Source: Zygnema circumcarinatum SAG 698-1b (taxonomy: Eukaryota; Plantae; Zygnematophyceae). From it: a stretch of DNA of 64,000 nucleotides. Under the pieces are notes generated by a model that did no database searches, had not been told where the DNA came from, and was given only the letters and a program-made list of their open reading frames with translations. How positions within the stretch are numbered: position 1 is the stretch's first letter; the number at the start of each line of letters is the position of its first letter. Both the position numbers and the translations under genes were made by a program. The stretch lies in contig CM074811.1 in assembly GCA_037447605.1 (NCBI GenBank), positions 1,488,001-1,552,000 on the forward strand, read 5' to 3'. This document shows, piece by piece, positions 21,501 to 34,105 of this stretch.

Positions 21501-24500
21501 CTCTATCAGCAAAGGTAAATCAGAGTATTTGTGTGTACGTGGTGCTTTAGACGGTCGAGGTCTTACGAACTCAGTGTCTTTGTCTTAGCAGAATTCACAT
21601 ACTTTATTGTTGTGTTTGCAGCTATGGCTTTCCTTAATTCCTGTGGTGCGGCTTGAGAAGAAGCTCCGTGTGCTTCGTTTCCGAAGTTTCTTGGCTGAAC
21701 GGGTGAGGACGTTTCTCGTATTGCAATTGTGTTTCGCCGAGGTTATGAGCTCTCTTCTGCAGATACTTCGGTATCGAATTAACTTTGAATAATGCGCAAA
21801 TATCTTCAGCTAGAGCAGTTTCTTGTAATGATGGTTGTCACCTACGTGGTAATGGGGCATGCGTCACTACGGGCCGGTGCAGTTTCGCCGTTGAATTGCG
21901 GATTAATGATGATGATGTTGCTTCTAATATTTGTGCTTTTGGATTGCTTTTGATTGGCGACAGGCTCGTCCTGTAGAGGACAAGATCAAGTTCGTGATTT
22001 CCATGTCTCAAAAGGTATGTGGCTACATCACTGCAGTGATCGTTTCCAGACGTGAGCATGCTTTCAGAGCCTCTTTAGAATTGTAAAATCACCAAGTCTC
22101 AATCGAGTATAGTTGTCCTAACTTGTCGAAATGGGCCATATTCTCGGTCACAAGTACGCGTCACATCCTTTCTGGTGATTTTTTTGCATATTATTTAGCC
22201 TTCACCACTCCATACTAGACACGATTTAAAGCATATTTGATGGAAGCCCTCAAGCACTTTTGTGGCGGTTCAGTCATACCTGCAAGCCTTCAAATAGCTT
22301 GCTAACTGAAAGGATTCCTAGCTGAAAATGCTTTTAAGCATGCAATTTGTGGCGTATTTCATCGTCGGCTATATAAATTCTGCCTGCATGAGCATATAGA
22401 CCTTCTTGCTTCATGCATACGATAGATTTGCAAGCTTAGTCTGGTCTCTCTTGCGTTGATCTTCCTCAGTTGTGTCAGCCTGATGGGCTTATTGCGAGAG
22501 ACTACTGTGAGTGAGAATCTCTTCTCAACTAGCATGCTCATCTGCTTGGAAGTTATCTGATCAGCCCCCTCGCTTCTTTGCAGGTGCAAGGCTCCCAGAA
22601 GTTGCCGGCAGTTCTTCGCGTGGTTCTTGCTATCGGCAACAAGCTGAATCAGGGAACAAACAGAGGTTTGCCTCCAAGCAACCGGTAGTGTGTTTCAGGC
22701 TTGCCTGCGTACAATGGGGAGGGGGGAAAGGAAGGGGGAGGGAGGTGTTGTAAGGGGGGCTGGGGGGGAGGGTGGAGAGAGAGGATAAGGACGAATGGCT
22801 GAGACTGTTACATGAGTTACACGAGTATCATGTGTTACATGATACTGAGTTGCATGCCGAGTTTTCCATAGCTGGCCCTTTGTCGTCCAAAAGTTGCCCT
22901 CTAAGTATGTCTGCTTATGCAGCAGATTAGAGCCAGACCAAAGGCAGGGAATTCGTTTTAAATGCAGTTCTGCCCCTAATTTGTGAGCCGGTTTTGACAT
23001 ACTGCATCTCGTTCAGTACTAGGACCTCTGTCCGTCTGCATGTAGTTTTTTCTTTTTGGGATTTGTTCCTTTCCGTCGTTTTTCTGACAATTTTCAATGG
23101 ATGGTTCGTCGTGACCCATTTTTTACTTTGGGATTGATGGTTCATGGGATAACAGCGAAGGCAAAAGGTATCACCCCAGAAGACCTCATCATTGCCGGCC
23201 GCACTAAAGGCTTCATGCAGTACCTTTGTAAGGTGCGTACGACAGATGCTGGAGAGCCTTATCATTTCTTCTTTAGAAGCTCACAAGGGGAAGTCGACAG
23301 GCTGTAGAAGCCATAAAGGTCTTACTTCTGTTCTTCTATGCATGTTTTCCACAATTGCGTGGAAGTGTTCAACTGATGTGGACTGCTTCTGATCCATTGT
23401 ATGCTATCATTCTCCGTCATGAATTGAAACAAGCTTCTGAAATGCAAAACAGCACTGCTAGGCTTTCGGCCTTAGGCCGCTGAAGGTGCCATTGATCACA
23501 AGATGCTGACGTCATTATGTGTCATGTCATGCATGTTTCTGCTCTGATGGGTCGCATCGCAACAGGTTGTGGCGGAGCGGCGGTCGGAACTGCTCGATTT
23601 TTGGGAAGAGTTTGTGGACGAGGGGAGAAATCTGCTGGCGGACACATTGAAGGTGGGCTTTCCCCTTGATGGTAGAATTCACCATATCGTTTGTTTGGGT
23701 TCGAGTGTGTGTGGTCTTGACTCGGATTAGAAAGCACGTCCGTTCAAAGCTGTTGTTTGAACTTGTGACCCTATTGAAGGACAGACGAAGGTTAGTGTCA
23801 AGAAATAGAGGGAATTACTTTTTGCAGAGCATCTGCACGATGGTTTCCACCTTCGCTTAGGCAATATCTAGGAGATTTTTTTGTGGTGGATTGTCGTTGT
23901 GCCTTAGTGAGGTTTTTGGATGGTTGTAGACAGTGCAGGGATGATTTTGCAAGCCTGCCTTTTTTTTTTCAGCGTGTGCAATATTGCTGCCATCTCGTGG
24001 GCAGGTTGACAGAGATGGCCTTGAATCGCAAGTGAAGGAATTGGAGAAGGGTATGGTGGAGGTAGTGGAGGAGTTAGGGAAGCTGAAGGAGGAAAAGGAG
24101 GCAGATGATGTTGAATTTGCTTCTAGAGAGAGAGAAAAGATGACTTGTGAGGATGAGAATGGAAAGCGACGTAGACAGGAAGAGGATTTGAGGAAGGCTG
24201 CTGAGACTGAAAAGATGCTGGTAGAGGATATGCGGGTGAAGAAGGAGAGGGCAGAAGAGCAGGCGAGGCAAGGTAAGGAGAGAGCAGCGATGGAATGGGA
24301 AGATAATGAAGGTCGGAAGAGGTTGGAAGGGGATTGGCTCAAAAGGAGGAAAGAAACAGCGTTCATGTTCTTAGAAGATCGGGAAGTCGAAAGGGAGAGG
24401 GTGTCTCTGCTTTTTCTGGAAAAAGTGGAAAAGAGGAGGCAGGAACATGAGGAGATGTTGAGGAGATTGGAGGAGGCTGCTAGGGAAGAGGCGGAACGGC

Positions 24501-27500
24501 TGGAAAGAGAGAGATTGGAAAGGGAGAGGATGGAGCAAGAAGAGAAGGAAAGGAAGGAGGAGGAGGAAAGGGTGAGGAGAGTGAGGCTGGAAGAGGAGGA
24601 AAGGGAGAGGAAGGAGAAGGAAGAAAGGGACAGACGTGAAAAGGAGGAGAAAGAAAGGCAAGAGAGGGAGGAGGAGGAGAGACTTGAAAAGGAGAGAGAG
24701 GAAGCGAAGAGGTTGGAGGAGGAGTTGAGGGAGAAGGAAGAAAGGGATAGGTTAGAACGAGAGGAAGAAGAAAGGAAGCAACTGGAAGAAAAAGAGAGAT
24801 TAGACAGAGAAGAAAGAGATGGAGCTTTGGCACTCCTTCAGCAAAAGTTGAAAAGTGGAGAAATTAAGGTTATGCAAGATAGGGACAGCAGCCAAGATAC
24901 AAAAGGCAAAGCCAAACTTGTTGATATTAGCTTAGAAAAGGAGACAATGATAGACATGGATTTTAGCCCGGAGATGGAGGAATGGGGGGAAACTAACTAT
25001 GAATTGGCCCGAACCGGCAATAAAAACCAGAATATAGTGGCTCAGAGCTTGGCCGTTTGGCTGAATGGTCAATACAAGGAAGTGGACGACGAATCTGTCC
25101 CTCCCCATGAGGGACAGTTTGAGACCAAAAAATGTGACGTGATTTCGGACGGGTTACAGGATGTGAGCGGGGAAGTTCGAATGCAGCCTATGAACGGTTT
25201 GGAGCTCTCGTTTTCAAGCTTTATTGAGCAGAATGGAGATCATAAAAAGGACTCGGCTGTAGAATTGGCCGGAAAAGGGGAACAGCATGTCGAGGCACTT
25301 GAAAGAAGTTCAGGGGATTTGAATGGGCATAGTCAGCGGGAGGCAAAAGTCGAAGGAGAGAGTATTAGGGGCGAAAGCACAGCGACTTTTCTGGAAGGTA
25401 TGAAGGTTGAAGAGGTTAGCTCCGGTGTACCAGAAAATAATGGAACCGAACGTGGACAAGGTTCTGCTCAGATTCCTGATGGTGGAGTGCAAATGCAAGC
25501 TGTGACAGGGAATGGTGGGGGTCAGCACAGAGAGGAGGCCGTGACCAGTAATGGAGGTAGTGCAGAAGGTATAGAGAAAGCAAAAGAAGAAGTGGTAGAG
25601 GAAGAGGAGACTGTGGAGCAGAGGAATGCAAGGCAGGAAAGAGAGTGGCAAGAAGAGGCAGAGCGGGAGAGGAAAGAGGCAGAAGAGAGGCATGAACGGG
25701 AGAATGCTAACAGAGAACAGCGTGCCAAGGAGAGGCAGGAACGCATGGAGAAGGCAAGGAAAGAGGCTGAGGAACGTGCAAAGCAAGAGAAGTTAGAGCA
25801 AGAGCTGAGCATTGTAAGGGAATGGAAGCGCCATAGAGCAGACGTGGATTCTCGGGCCGAGACATTTTGGGTGAGTCTGTCGATTGCTTTTTACCAGAAA
25901 ACGGTATTATTCTTTGCACCTTTTCCATTCACGAGGTCTGTCTGATTTCGGCCCCGGCTGACTTTACCACACTTTATCGCATTCACGGTAAAGTTTGCCT
26001 TTGAAAGCTGATTGTGCTCTGTATGGGTGCATGCTCCTTTTATCTTTTTGTGAATGCAGGCGGTGGAAGCGTTTTATCTGCAGGAAGTTGAACCGACAGT
26101 GAATCATCTCCGGCAAGTCATGGGTCATTTGGTGAGATGTTCTCAGAGTGCTCTGTTTCTAACGTCGCATGCGTTACAACGTGACATTGTCTAGGACAGG
26201 TCAACATCTGGTAGAGAGGGGAGGCTTTGATGCTATCAAATTTTCTTGCCATTCATTTGAGAAAAAGGGGAGAGTCAGCGGCTCTCGAAAGTTTAGCTTT
26301 TAAATTTCAAAGAGGTTTGGCCTCCGTTTGCTCTTCTGGGCAGGGTGAAACTTCAAATGCGCTGGCAAAGTACTTTGGAGTGGACCCGAAGACTCCTTGT
26401 ACTGAAAGTGAGCACTTTCCTTTCCTATGAACTTCAGATTGGAATAGTTCGGGCTGGACCAGTGCGTCTGACTGCAAGTGAAGTTCGTTCTCTAGTCCAA
26501 TTGTTATACGTGAGGCGGCTCACACAATAAAACTGCTGGGGATACAATAGCATTTCAAAGCACATTTAGAGGGAGGCGATCCTTATCAGACTTGACACGC
26601 ATGTGAAGAAGTTGGATGGTTGGAGCTGGTGCATTGCGAGATTGCAAGTGATGAAAAAGCAAAGTGTTATTTGATTCTCGTGTTAACGAGTGTGTGTCTG
26701 TGTTTTTCCTGATTGAGCAGTTTTCAATGTCCTATACGACTTCATTGAACTGTTTAAGAAGGCTAAAATTGAGAACGAGAATCGAAAGAAGGCAGAAGCG
26801 GAGAAGACACGGAAGCAGGCGGAATTGGAGGCTCGGAGAAAGCGGGCAGAGGAGAATAAAAAGAAGCTTCAAGAGCAGGAGCTGAGACGGAAGAGGTCAG
26901 TGGACATTGGAAGAGAGAGTATGCTTAAGGATAACGCGGAGAGAAGAGACATGTCTCCGTCTCCTATCAGTATACCCAGTAGGAGCCCTTCACCGTCCAT
27001 CTTCTCCCCCATCACGACGCCCGGAGGTGATACACCCTCCACACACTCCACCTATTCACCTTTCGCTTCTTTGTCCCCCATTGGCTCTCCTATGCTCCGA
27101 AGCCCATCTCAGACACCCCCTCATACATCTCCCAGGGGTTCGGTAGCAATGTCGGCATCCTATCCATGGTCAATTGATGCTCTCGGAAGTGTTCCCTCAG
27201 CTCCGTCCTCTTCGGGATCTGTAGCCTCTCCTGCAGGAACCCCTTCTCCAAACTCCCTTCTTTTGTCCAGTCCTGCCTTAGACAAATTCAGGAAGCGGGC
27301 TATGTCGAAGGAATCGGACTCATCGGACGACGACTTTGATGAGGAGAGGCCCAGAAAGGCTCGTCTCCATGTGGGGCTTCGCGTGAACGGCAGCGTGCAA
27401 ACTATAACACCCCCTCATTTGGACCACTCTTTGAGTGCCCCTGGGCGGGTGGAAGAGTTCAAGAAGGCACGAGTCAGACATGCTCTGAACGGCAAGGCTA

Positions 27501-27931
27501 ACGGCATCTTGCATTCACAGCTCGCTGGAAAGGGAGAGGGTTACAGTCTTCTCCGTGCAGTGGTTATGCAAGAGACCAGGACGATTAGAGCGGAGGACTC
27601 TCCACAGGGGCCGTCACAGACGTCACTGTTAGTTGCCTATTGCCTTTGTATATACTGGCTGGTAAGCCCTACTTTCTTCAAACGAGCAAGAAAACGACTG
27701 GCGTCCAGGAAAGTCCTGGAATTTGGTCAACAGCTGTCCTTGTCTGAGAGGCCCTCTGCTGCTTATGATACGGCTTCAAGCAGCAGCTCTTTACCGGTTT
27801 CTTCCCACTCCCCTTCTGCGCCTTTCCTCCCCATCCAGCCTTCAGTGTCTCGGAAATCAAGACTTTCGAGGAGCGTCAGCTACGCAGAGGATTTGGAAGA
27901 GGAGGGCGACATGAGTGATGCTGCCAGCTAG
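18512..27931 (+). CDS. Formin (FH1-FH2), 1403 aa, 14 exons: 18512-18801, 19511-19619, 20149-20220, 20561-20668, 21165-21206, 21622-21702, 21964-22014, 22584-22665, 23156-23232, 23566-23652, 24005-25870, 26060-26131, 26344-26407, 26721-27931
   Basis: A polyproline FH1 is followed by FH2 motifs LQWK...SLW, KKAQNLEI, PSKDEAAKLKEYKG...LGPAEQ, VLAIGNKLNQGT, MQYLCK, YFGVDP and LYDFIELFKKAKIEN. All junctions are GT-AG and in phase. Confidence 0.9.
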
Positions 27932-28509
27932 GCCTCAAGAGATGAGAAGAAGAGAAGAAAGAAGGGAAGAGAAGAAGGGAAGAAGATGAAGAGATGAGTG
28001 GTTTGTTCTCTGCAGGAGAGCGGTTGGAGGTGGGTGGGAGGGAGGGAGGAGCGGGAATTAGTTTAGTGTTCAGCTATAACCAAGCTGTAGAATTGATGAT
28101 GTATTTTTGTTGCTTAAGTATCCTGTTTATTATTGAGGCAACTTCCATTATTAATAAGATTCTTGACGGCTTATTCGTCTTCTGGAGCACCGCTTGTAAG
28201 ACGTCTGGAATAGATCTTGGGAGGAAGGGCTCCTCTGGTCCTTGTCTCAAAAGAACGAGTGAAAATTTGTTAGAGCGAGAGAAGAGAAGGACTTTGGATC
28301 ATTGTATGGGCAGCACTCCATGAATAGCGCAGCGAGGATGAGGTTCAATGCGGCCCTTTTTCACTGTCAACATTTCATCATGTTTTCTCATGTCTTTTTT
28401 CCCCTTTTTTTGTTCGTCGAACTTTCCGAGTGGTTTTTTACAGAAGCTCTATGTTTCCCTCCCCACCCCCACTCTCCCCCGCCTCGCCCTCGTCGGCTTC
28501 TTTACAGTA

Positions 28510-28641
28510 GGGGGTGCCAGACTTAACAAAATCTTATGAACGAACAAGTTTCGGAGGTACTCCGCCGCAGCAAAACCGCGATGTCACCGAGTACTCGTTC
28601 TGGTCTCAAACTTCTGAATGGTTTCTAAGCCTGACTCCCCC
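28510..28641. mobile_element. 132-bp MITE, Tourist/PIF-Harbinger-like
   Basis: The 16-bp TIRs GGGGGTGCCAGACTTA and TAAGCCTGACTCCCCC match at 13/16. The flanks are GTA and TTA, consistent with a TTA target-site duplication with one mismatch. Confidence 0.7.
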
Positions 28642-29749
28642 TTAGTAGCAGGGTGCCTTCCTGTGTAGGCCCACTTTCCTGCTATAATTCGCCCATACCC
28701 CGAATGAACAGGTGCCAAATATGTCAAACCAAGGTCGTTACTCTCTCTCTCTCTGCTTCCCACAACCTTCTTTCAAGAACGATAGAAAGTCACGGTGAGT
28801 GGTGGGAGGCGCCGGTCTGTAGCTGCGCAATTTCTGCCTCACTCCTTCCTCCTTTTCTCTGCATGCTCCATTTCTCCTCGTGCATGTGCGTGCATGGCAG
28901 CCACGCCTGCCGGCGGCAAAGCGCCGAGTGCAGGGACTGATGGCGGCCGTCTTCCCTTCCCGCACGTCATTTTCCCCAAAGGCCGCGCAGTGCACATTGC
29001 GATAGGCTGTCACATCATCAAGAGAAAAAAAAAAATCACGATGGGGCCATGCATTCTATAGTGAGGAACGGTTTTGGTTATTTTTAGGCCCAGCGCGAAA
29101 GGGCCACAGGCCAATCGTACGGTCGAAAATCTTCATCTCCTTGGTAATCGAAGCTAAAGTTAAGCATAAAGGATTTCGATAAAGTACGATCTTCGATAAA
29201 GTCAAAAACATGTTCCATGTCATGTCCATTAGTCTGCCACGTGGCGTTCTTGCGAGTCTCCAATATTTCCACGTAGTTCTAAAGTTCTTTTCTTTCGGAC
29301 TCGAATTCCCAATTTCCAAATTTAATGTCGGTGCTAGTCCACGTGGCGACACACTATTGGTGGTTTTGTCCACATGGCGGCCTCTTATTGCGCCCGTGCT
29401 TACAGAAAAAAAACGCTCGGCTGCTACCTGTGATTTGTCGTTTTGCGGAATCGTACAGGGAAGTATCTCCATGACATCAGCCACTAAAAGTCGAAACGTC
29501 ACTCGTTGCCACGTGTCGCCTACTCGTCACGTCATCGCAAGCCTAATCAGATCGACGGTCGACCGCGTTCTACGTCGATTTTGTTTTTTGTCGGTGTGCT
29601 GCCCGCGGGCAGGAAGGGATCCGGCGGTTTACCGGCGTCGGTGTGGATCAGGACAAAACATTTCTGACGGGCAGAAGAAAAAATTATTTAATGGGCCGAC
29701 AGAGCGCTCCTGCCCTGCGCTGCGCTCTCCTGAAGGAAAGCGAAGCGCC

Positions 29750-30232
29750 CTTGGGAGGGAGGGGGGAAGGGAGAGGGGAGGGAGAGGGAGAGGAAGGGAG
29801 AGGGGAGGGAGAGGGAGAGGAAGGGAGGGANNNNNNNNNNGGGAGGGGGAGGGAGGGAGGGGGGAGGGAGAGGGGAGGGAGAGAGAGGGAGAGAGGGAGG
29901 GAGGGCGGGAGCGGAGGGGGAGGGAGAGGGAGGGAGGGAAGGCGGGAGGGGTGGAGGGGGAGGGAGAGGGGGAGGGAGGGAGAGAGGGGAGGTAGAGAGG
30001 GCTGGAAATTGGGGAAGGGAGAGGGATAAGGGGACGGAGGGAGAGAGGGAGGGAGAGGGGGACGGAGGGAGAGGGAGGGAGGGCGGGAGAGCAGGAAAAG
30101 GGGAGGGAGAGGGGGACGGAGGGATATTGGGAGGGGGGGGCGGGAGAGCGGGGAAGGGGGAGGGAGAGGGGGAGGGAAAGAGGGAGGGAGTGCGGGAGGG
30201 GGGGGAGGGGGAAAGGGGCGGGGGAGAGGAAA
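29750..30232. repeat. Polypurine (GGGAGA-like) tract containing a 10-N assembly gap at 29831-29840
   Basis: Directly visible. Confidence 0.95.
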
Positions 30233-30295
30233 ATTTCGCAATGCAGGAATGCAGGAATGCGTGCTGAAAGGGGAGGCGGAGGCAGCCCGGACGCC

Positions 30296-33030
30296 ATGGC
30301 TCCAAGCTCGCGGTTTGCGGTTGTGTTTGACAATGCTTCTTTCTCGGACAGAGTGCTGAGTTGGAGGACTTGCCTTTCGGAAGCAGAGGGGGAAGGAGGT
30401 AAGGCTTTGCTTCTGCGGAAACCCTTTTGTGCTGAAAAAAAACAAGAGGAAATGCTCTTGCAGCTGCTGCGTGTTTTTCTTAATTTTAACTCGGTAAGAT
30501 ATTGGGTTTGACATCGAACAAGCTTTTAAGTGATAAACACAGCGGAAGGAAGTGCTGCATCACTTGATTTGGTCTACATGGGCCGTGGAAAAGTGTGGAA
30601 TTAGTGCTCTCTTTGTGGTTTCCTTGCATACAGATTATGGAATTGAAGCTTCCAGACTCATTTTGGGTGGCCATGGCGGTCCCATACATGTCAGCCGAGC
30701 CGTGCTGGCTGCTGCCTCTCCCTACTTTGAAAAGCTCTTTTCGTGCGGCATGAAGGAGTCCTGCTCCGATGATGGGGAGATCACCCTCGTAGTCTCTCCC
30801 GAAGGTTAGTCGAATTTTGTTATTTGAATTTCCTTTTTGTCGGAAGCGGCTAGGTTGATCACTCACTGGCCATTCCGAAAGATTGGAATATTGGAGGCTA
30901 GGCGGAGGAGAGAGGACTAGCAAATACTAGTAAGAAGAGTAAAAGGGTGAAAATGGATGGAGGGAGAGGAGAGGGAGAGGGGAGAGGAGAGGGGAGGGAG
31001 GGAGAGGGGAGAGGGAGAGGGAGAGGGAGAGGGGAGAGGGGAGAGGGGAGAGGGGAGGGGAGAGGGGAGAGAGGGGAGAGGGGAGAGGGAGAGGGAGAGG
31101 GGAGAGGGGAGAGGGGAGAGGGGAGAGGGGAGAGGGGAGAGGGGAGAGAGGGGAGAGGGAGAGGGGAGAGGGGAGAGGAGGAGGAGAGGGGAGGAGAGGG
31201 GAGAGGGGAGAGGGGAGAGGGGAGAGGGAGAGGGAGAGGGGAGGAGGGGAGAGGGAGAGGGGAGAGGGAGAGGGGAGAGGGGAGAGGGAGGAGGGGAGAG
31301 GGAGAGGGAGAGGGAGAGGGGAGAGGGGAGAGGGGAGAGGGGAGAGGGGAGAGGGAGAGGGAGGGAGAGGGAGAGGGAGAGGGAGAGGGAGAGGGGAGAG
31401 GAGAGGAGGAGGGAGAGGAGAGGGAGGAGGGGAGAGGGGAGAGGGAGAGGGAGAGGGGAGAGGGAGAGGGAGAGGGGAGAGGGGAGAGGGGAGAGGGAGA
31501 GGGGAGAGGGGAGAGGGAGAGGGAGGAGGGGAGAGGGGAGGAGGGGAGAGGGGAGGAGGGGAGAGGGAGAGGGAGAGGGAAGCGGTCAAGAGGGGAAGCG
31601 GTCAAGAGGGGAAGCGGTCAAGAGGGGAAGCGGTCAAGAGGGGAAGCGGTCAAGAGGGGAAGCGGTCAAGAGGGGAAGCGGTCAAGAGGGGAAGCGTTCA
31701 AGAGGGGAAGCGATCAAGAGGGGAAGCGGTCAAGAGGGGAAGCGGTCAAGAGGGAGAATGGAGGGAGAGGGGATTTTTTTCGAGAGAGGCGAGGGGCGGG
31801 AGCATGACATGCATGTCGACAGGATGACTTACTTGCAACTGTGCATTATATCGATGCAGCTTGAGTTATGAATTCCGGAAGGTCGAGCTGTGCCGACTGC
31901 TCGAAATTAATCGATGTTTGCTTGATTGGGGGGCTTTCACAGAGGGTGAGCAGATGAGAACGTTTTTATTCTTTTGCTATACAGAAACGTTGCCGTCCAG
32001 GCTGAGTCAGGACGCGCTTTTAAGTCTGTTGTCTTTGGGCAACAGATTTGAGGTGCCTCTGTGTGTACACTGCAGCTGCTCCAAACTGTTACCGTTGAGG
32101 CTGGACATAGCGCAGAGCTTGGCTCTCTTGAATATGGGAGAGTCGCTCTGTCATCACGAGTGTTTCAACGACTTGCTTGATTCAGACTGCATGGCGGCTG
32201 ACCTTTGGGACTTTGAAAGCTTTAGTAAGTCACGAGCTTTTTTGGACCTAAATTCGAGTGGAGTGGCACAATACCTTCAAAGAAAAGCGATTGTTGTTGA
32301 ATCGGAGCAGGATGTATTCAAGGCAGTGGTGACCTGGGCCGATCGTAAATGTGTCGACGCACTGCATCGACAAGAGCTGCTGAGGAAACTGCTCCCGTTT
32401 GTGCACTTTCCTGCAATGGACGGCGAATTTTTGCAGTCTAGTGTTGCCGTTTTGCCAGAAATGAGGACTTTGGAGGGAATGACTTTGCTGGTAGAAGCAC
32501 TCGCTTACAAGAGCAGCAACTTACAGAGGCAGAGGGAGATAGCCTCAGGAGGTGTACGAGATGCAGCCTGGTATAGGGAAAGGATTAGCAGGAAACCATC
32601 TGCACAAGTGGTCAGTTTGCCTGATGACATTGATGCGACGGCGTACGGTTTACCTGGACACTATTACATGATGGTGAGGTTCAGAAAAGCTCAATTGGAG
32701 GCTTTGGGACAAGAGGGGAAAGTTACCTCGAAGTGGTGCAGCATCTGCGGAGTGGAGTTCAGTCTTGAGGTTTGGCGGCAGAAGTCATTCTTTCACTGGA
32801 GTTTGAAGGGGAGGTATCTTCAAGGGAAAGACTCGTTGAAAACTGTGAAGGCTTCTCTGGCTGCAAGGAATCTGATGTCAGCTCAACAGTTGATGACATT
32901 TGAAAACAAAGCAGAGAATGAGATGAACTTTCCTGACTTCTTCCTCGGCAGTGTAGAAGATATACTCCGGTCAACCCGAATGTTCAACAGTGGTGTGCTG
33001 CTAGTGATTGCCAACTTAGAAATCAGGTAG
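30296..33030 (+). CDS. BTB/POZ-BACK protein, divergent LRB/POB1-like CUL3 adaptor, 453 aa; exons 30296-30398, 30634-30804, 31943-33030
   Basis: BTB: [11 protein letters not shown] and [30 protein letters not shown]: [15 protein letters not shown]...[10 protein letters not shown]. Phases are consistent. Confidence 0.85.
30955..31575. repeat. (GGGGAGA/GGGAGA)n polypurine satellite in BTB intron 2
   Basis: About 620 bp containing only G and A. Confidence 0.97.
31575..31752. repeat. 16-bp minisatellite (AGGGGAAGCGGTCAAG) x about 11
   Basis: Directly visible. The 16-aa period in the ORF track equals three units. Confidence 0.95.
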
Positions 33031-33843
33031 AAATTCAAATTTTTGTATCGATTAGAGAGTACTGTGGTGCTCGGAGTCCTTTGGTGAGGTTCCTTTCATT
33101 GGCAAACCGAAGGTTATAAATGTTCCTTCATTGTAAACTTTTGGAGACATTTTCAGAACTAGCTTCATCCCTTTGTCCAGATGAGAAATGAGTGGAGCCT
33201 GTTTCCGTTTACTCAAGACAATTCCCTGCCGTTCAGTAATACAATTTTGCTGACACGTGTCTTTCTTTCAAGCATACGGAGTCTTGCAAATCCTTAATTT
33301 GCATGAGCCATAGCAGCTTGGCTTGAAGCTGCCAGAGAAATTGCTGTTTCCAAAGCAGCCACTCAAACCCCACAATCTAAACCACATCAAACCCATCCCA
33401 CTGTTGGAGAATCGCAAATCTCTTAAATATATATATTTTACACATATATGCGAGCTGGTGACATCAACAGCATTATGAAAGTTTTCACCTTACACTGTTA
33501 CTGTTGCAAAAGACAAAGCCCATGTTAAAAACACAGGAAATTTAAAGCATTCTCGTTATAATGATAGACCTCCACAGTCCTAAAATATCAAATTTTCTGC
33601 TGTACTGCCGTCTAAGACGCAACATTGCTGTTGAGATGATTGGCTTTTACGTCCATGTTTTCAATAAGTAGTGAGTAACTAAGGCTTTCATTAAATATAG
33701 AGTCTGATTATACTTCACACTACCACACGAAGGGGTTCAAGGACTTATGCAAGAATTTGAAGACGTCTATTATGCTTCAACCCCTCGACAGTTTCAGGAT
33801 TCGAAGGCTCAGGGTGGCTTAAGGGTTTCACACAGGTCAAGTC

Positions 33844-34105
33844 TTCAGAGTTTTAGGGTTAAGGGATAGCAGGGTATCAAAGTTTGATAGAGTTCTGGAC
33901 CTAAAAAAAAATTAGCGGTTTAGGGTTGAGGGGCTGCAGAGTAGTAGAAACAGTTATAGGCTTTAGGCTTCAGCAGGGTGCAAGGTATTAGAGTTTGAAA
34001 AACTTGTAGGCTTTACGGTTCAGAGTTTTTAGGGTTAAGGCATTGCAGTGTGTTAGAGTTTGAAAGAGTTTTGGGCTGTCGGGTTTAGCGGGTTAGCTTT
34101 AGGGC
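33844..34105. repeat. Degenerate telomere-like (TTTAGGG) cluster with a ~175-bp internal duplication
   Basis: TTTAGGG occurs at 33852, 33919, 34028 and 34098, plus variants. 33844-33895 resembles 34019-34070. Confidence 0.6.

Noticed and set aside
29629-31871. Extensin-like or GE-rich ORFs of 200-300 aa
   Set aside because: These are translations of GA/CT satellites, one across an N gap and the others inside a BTB intron.
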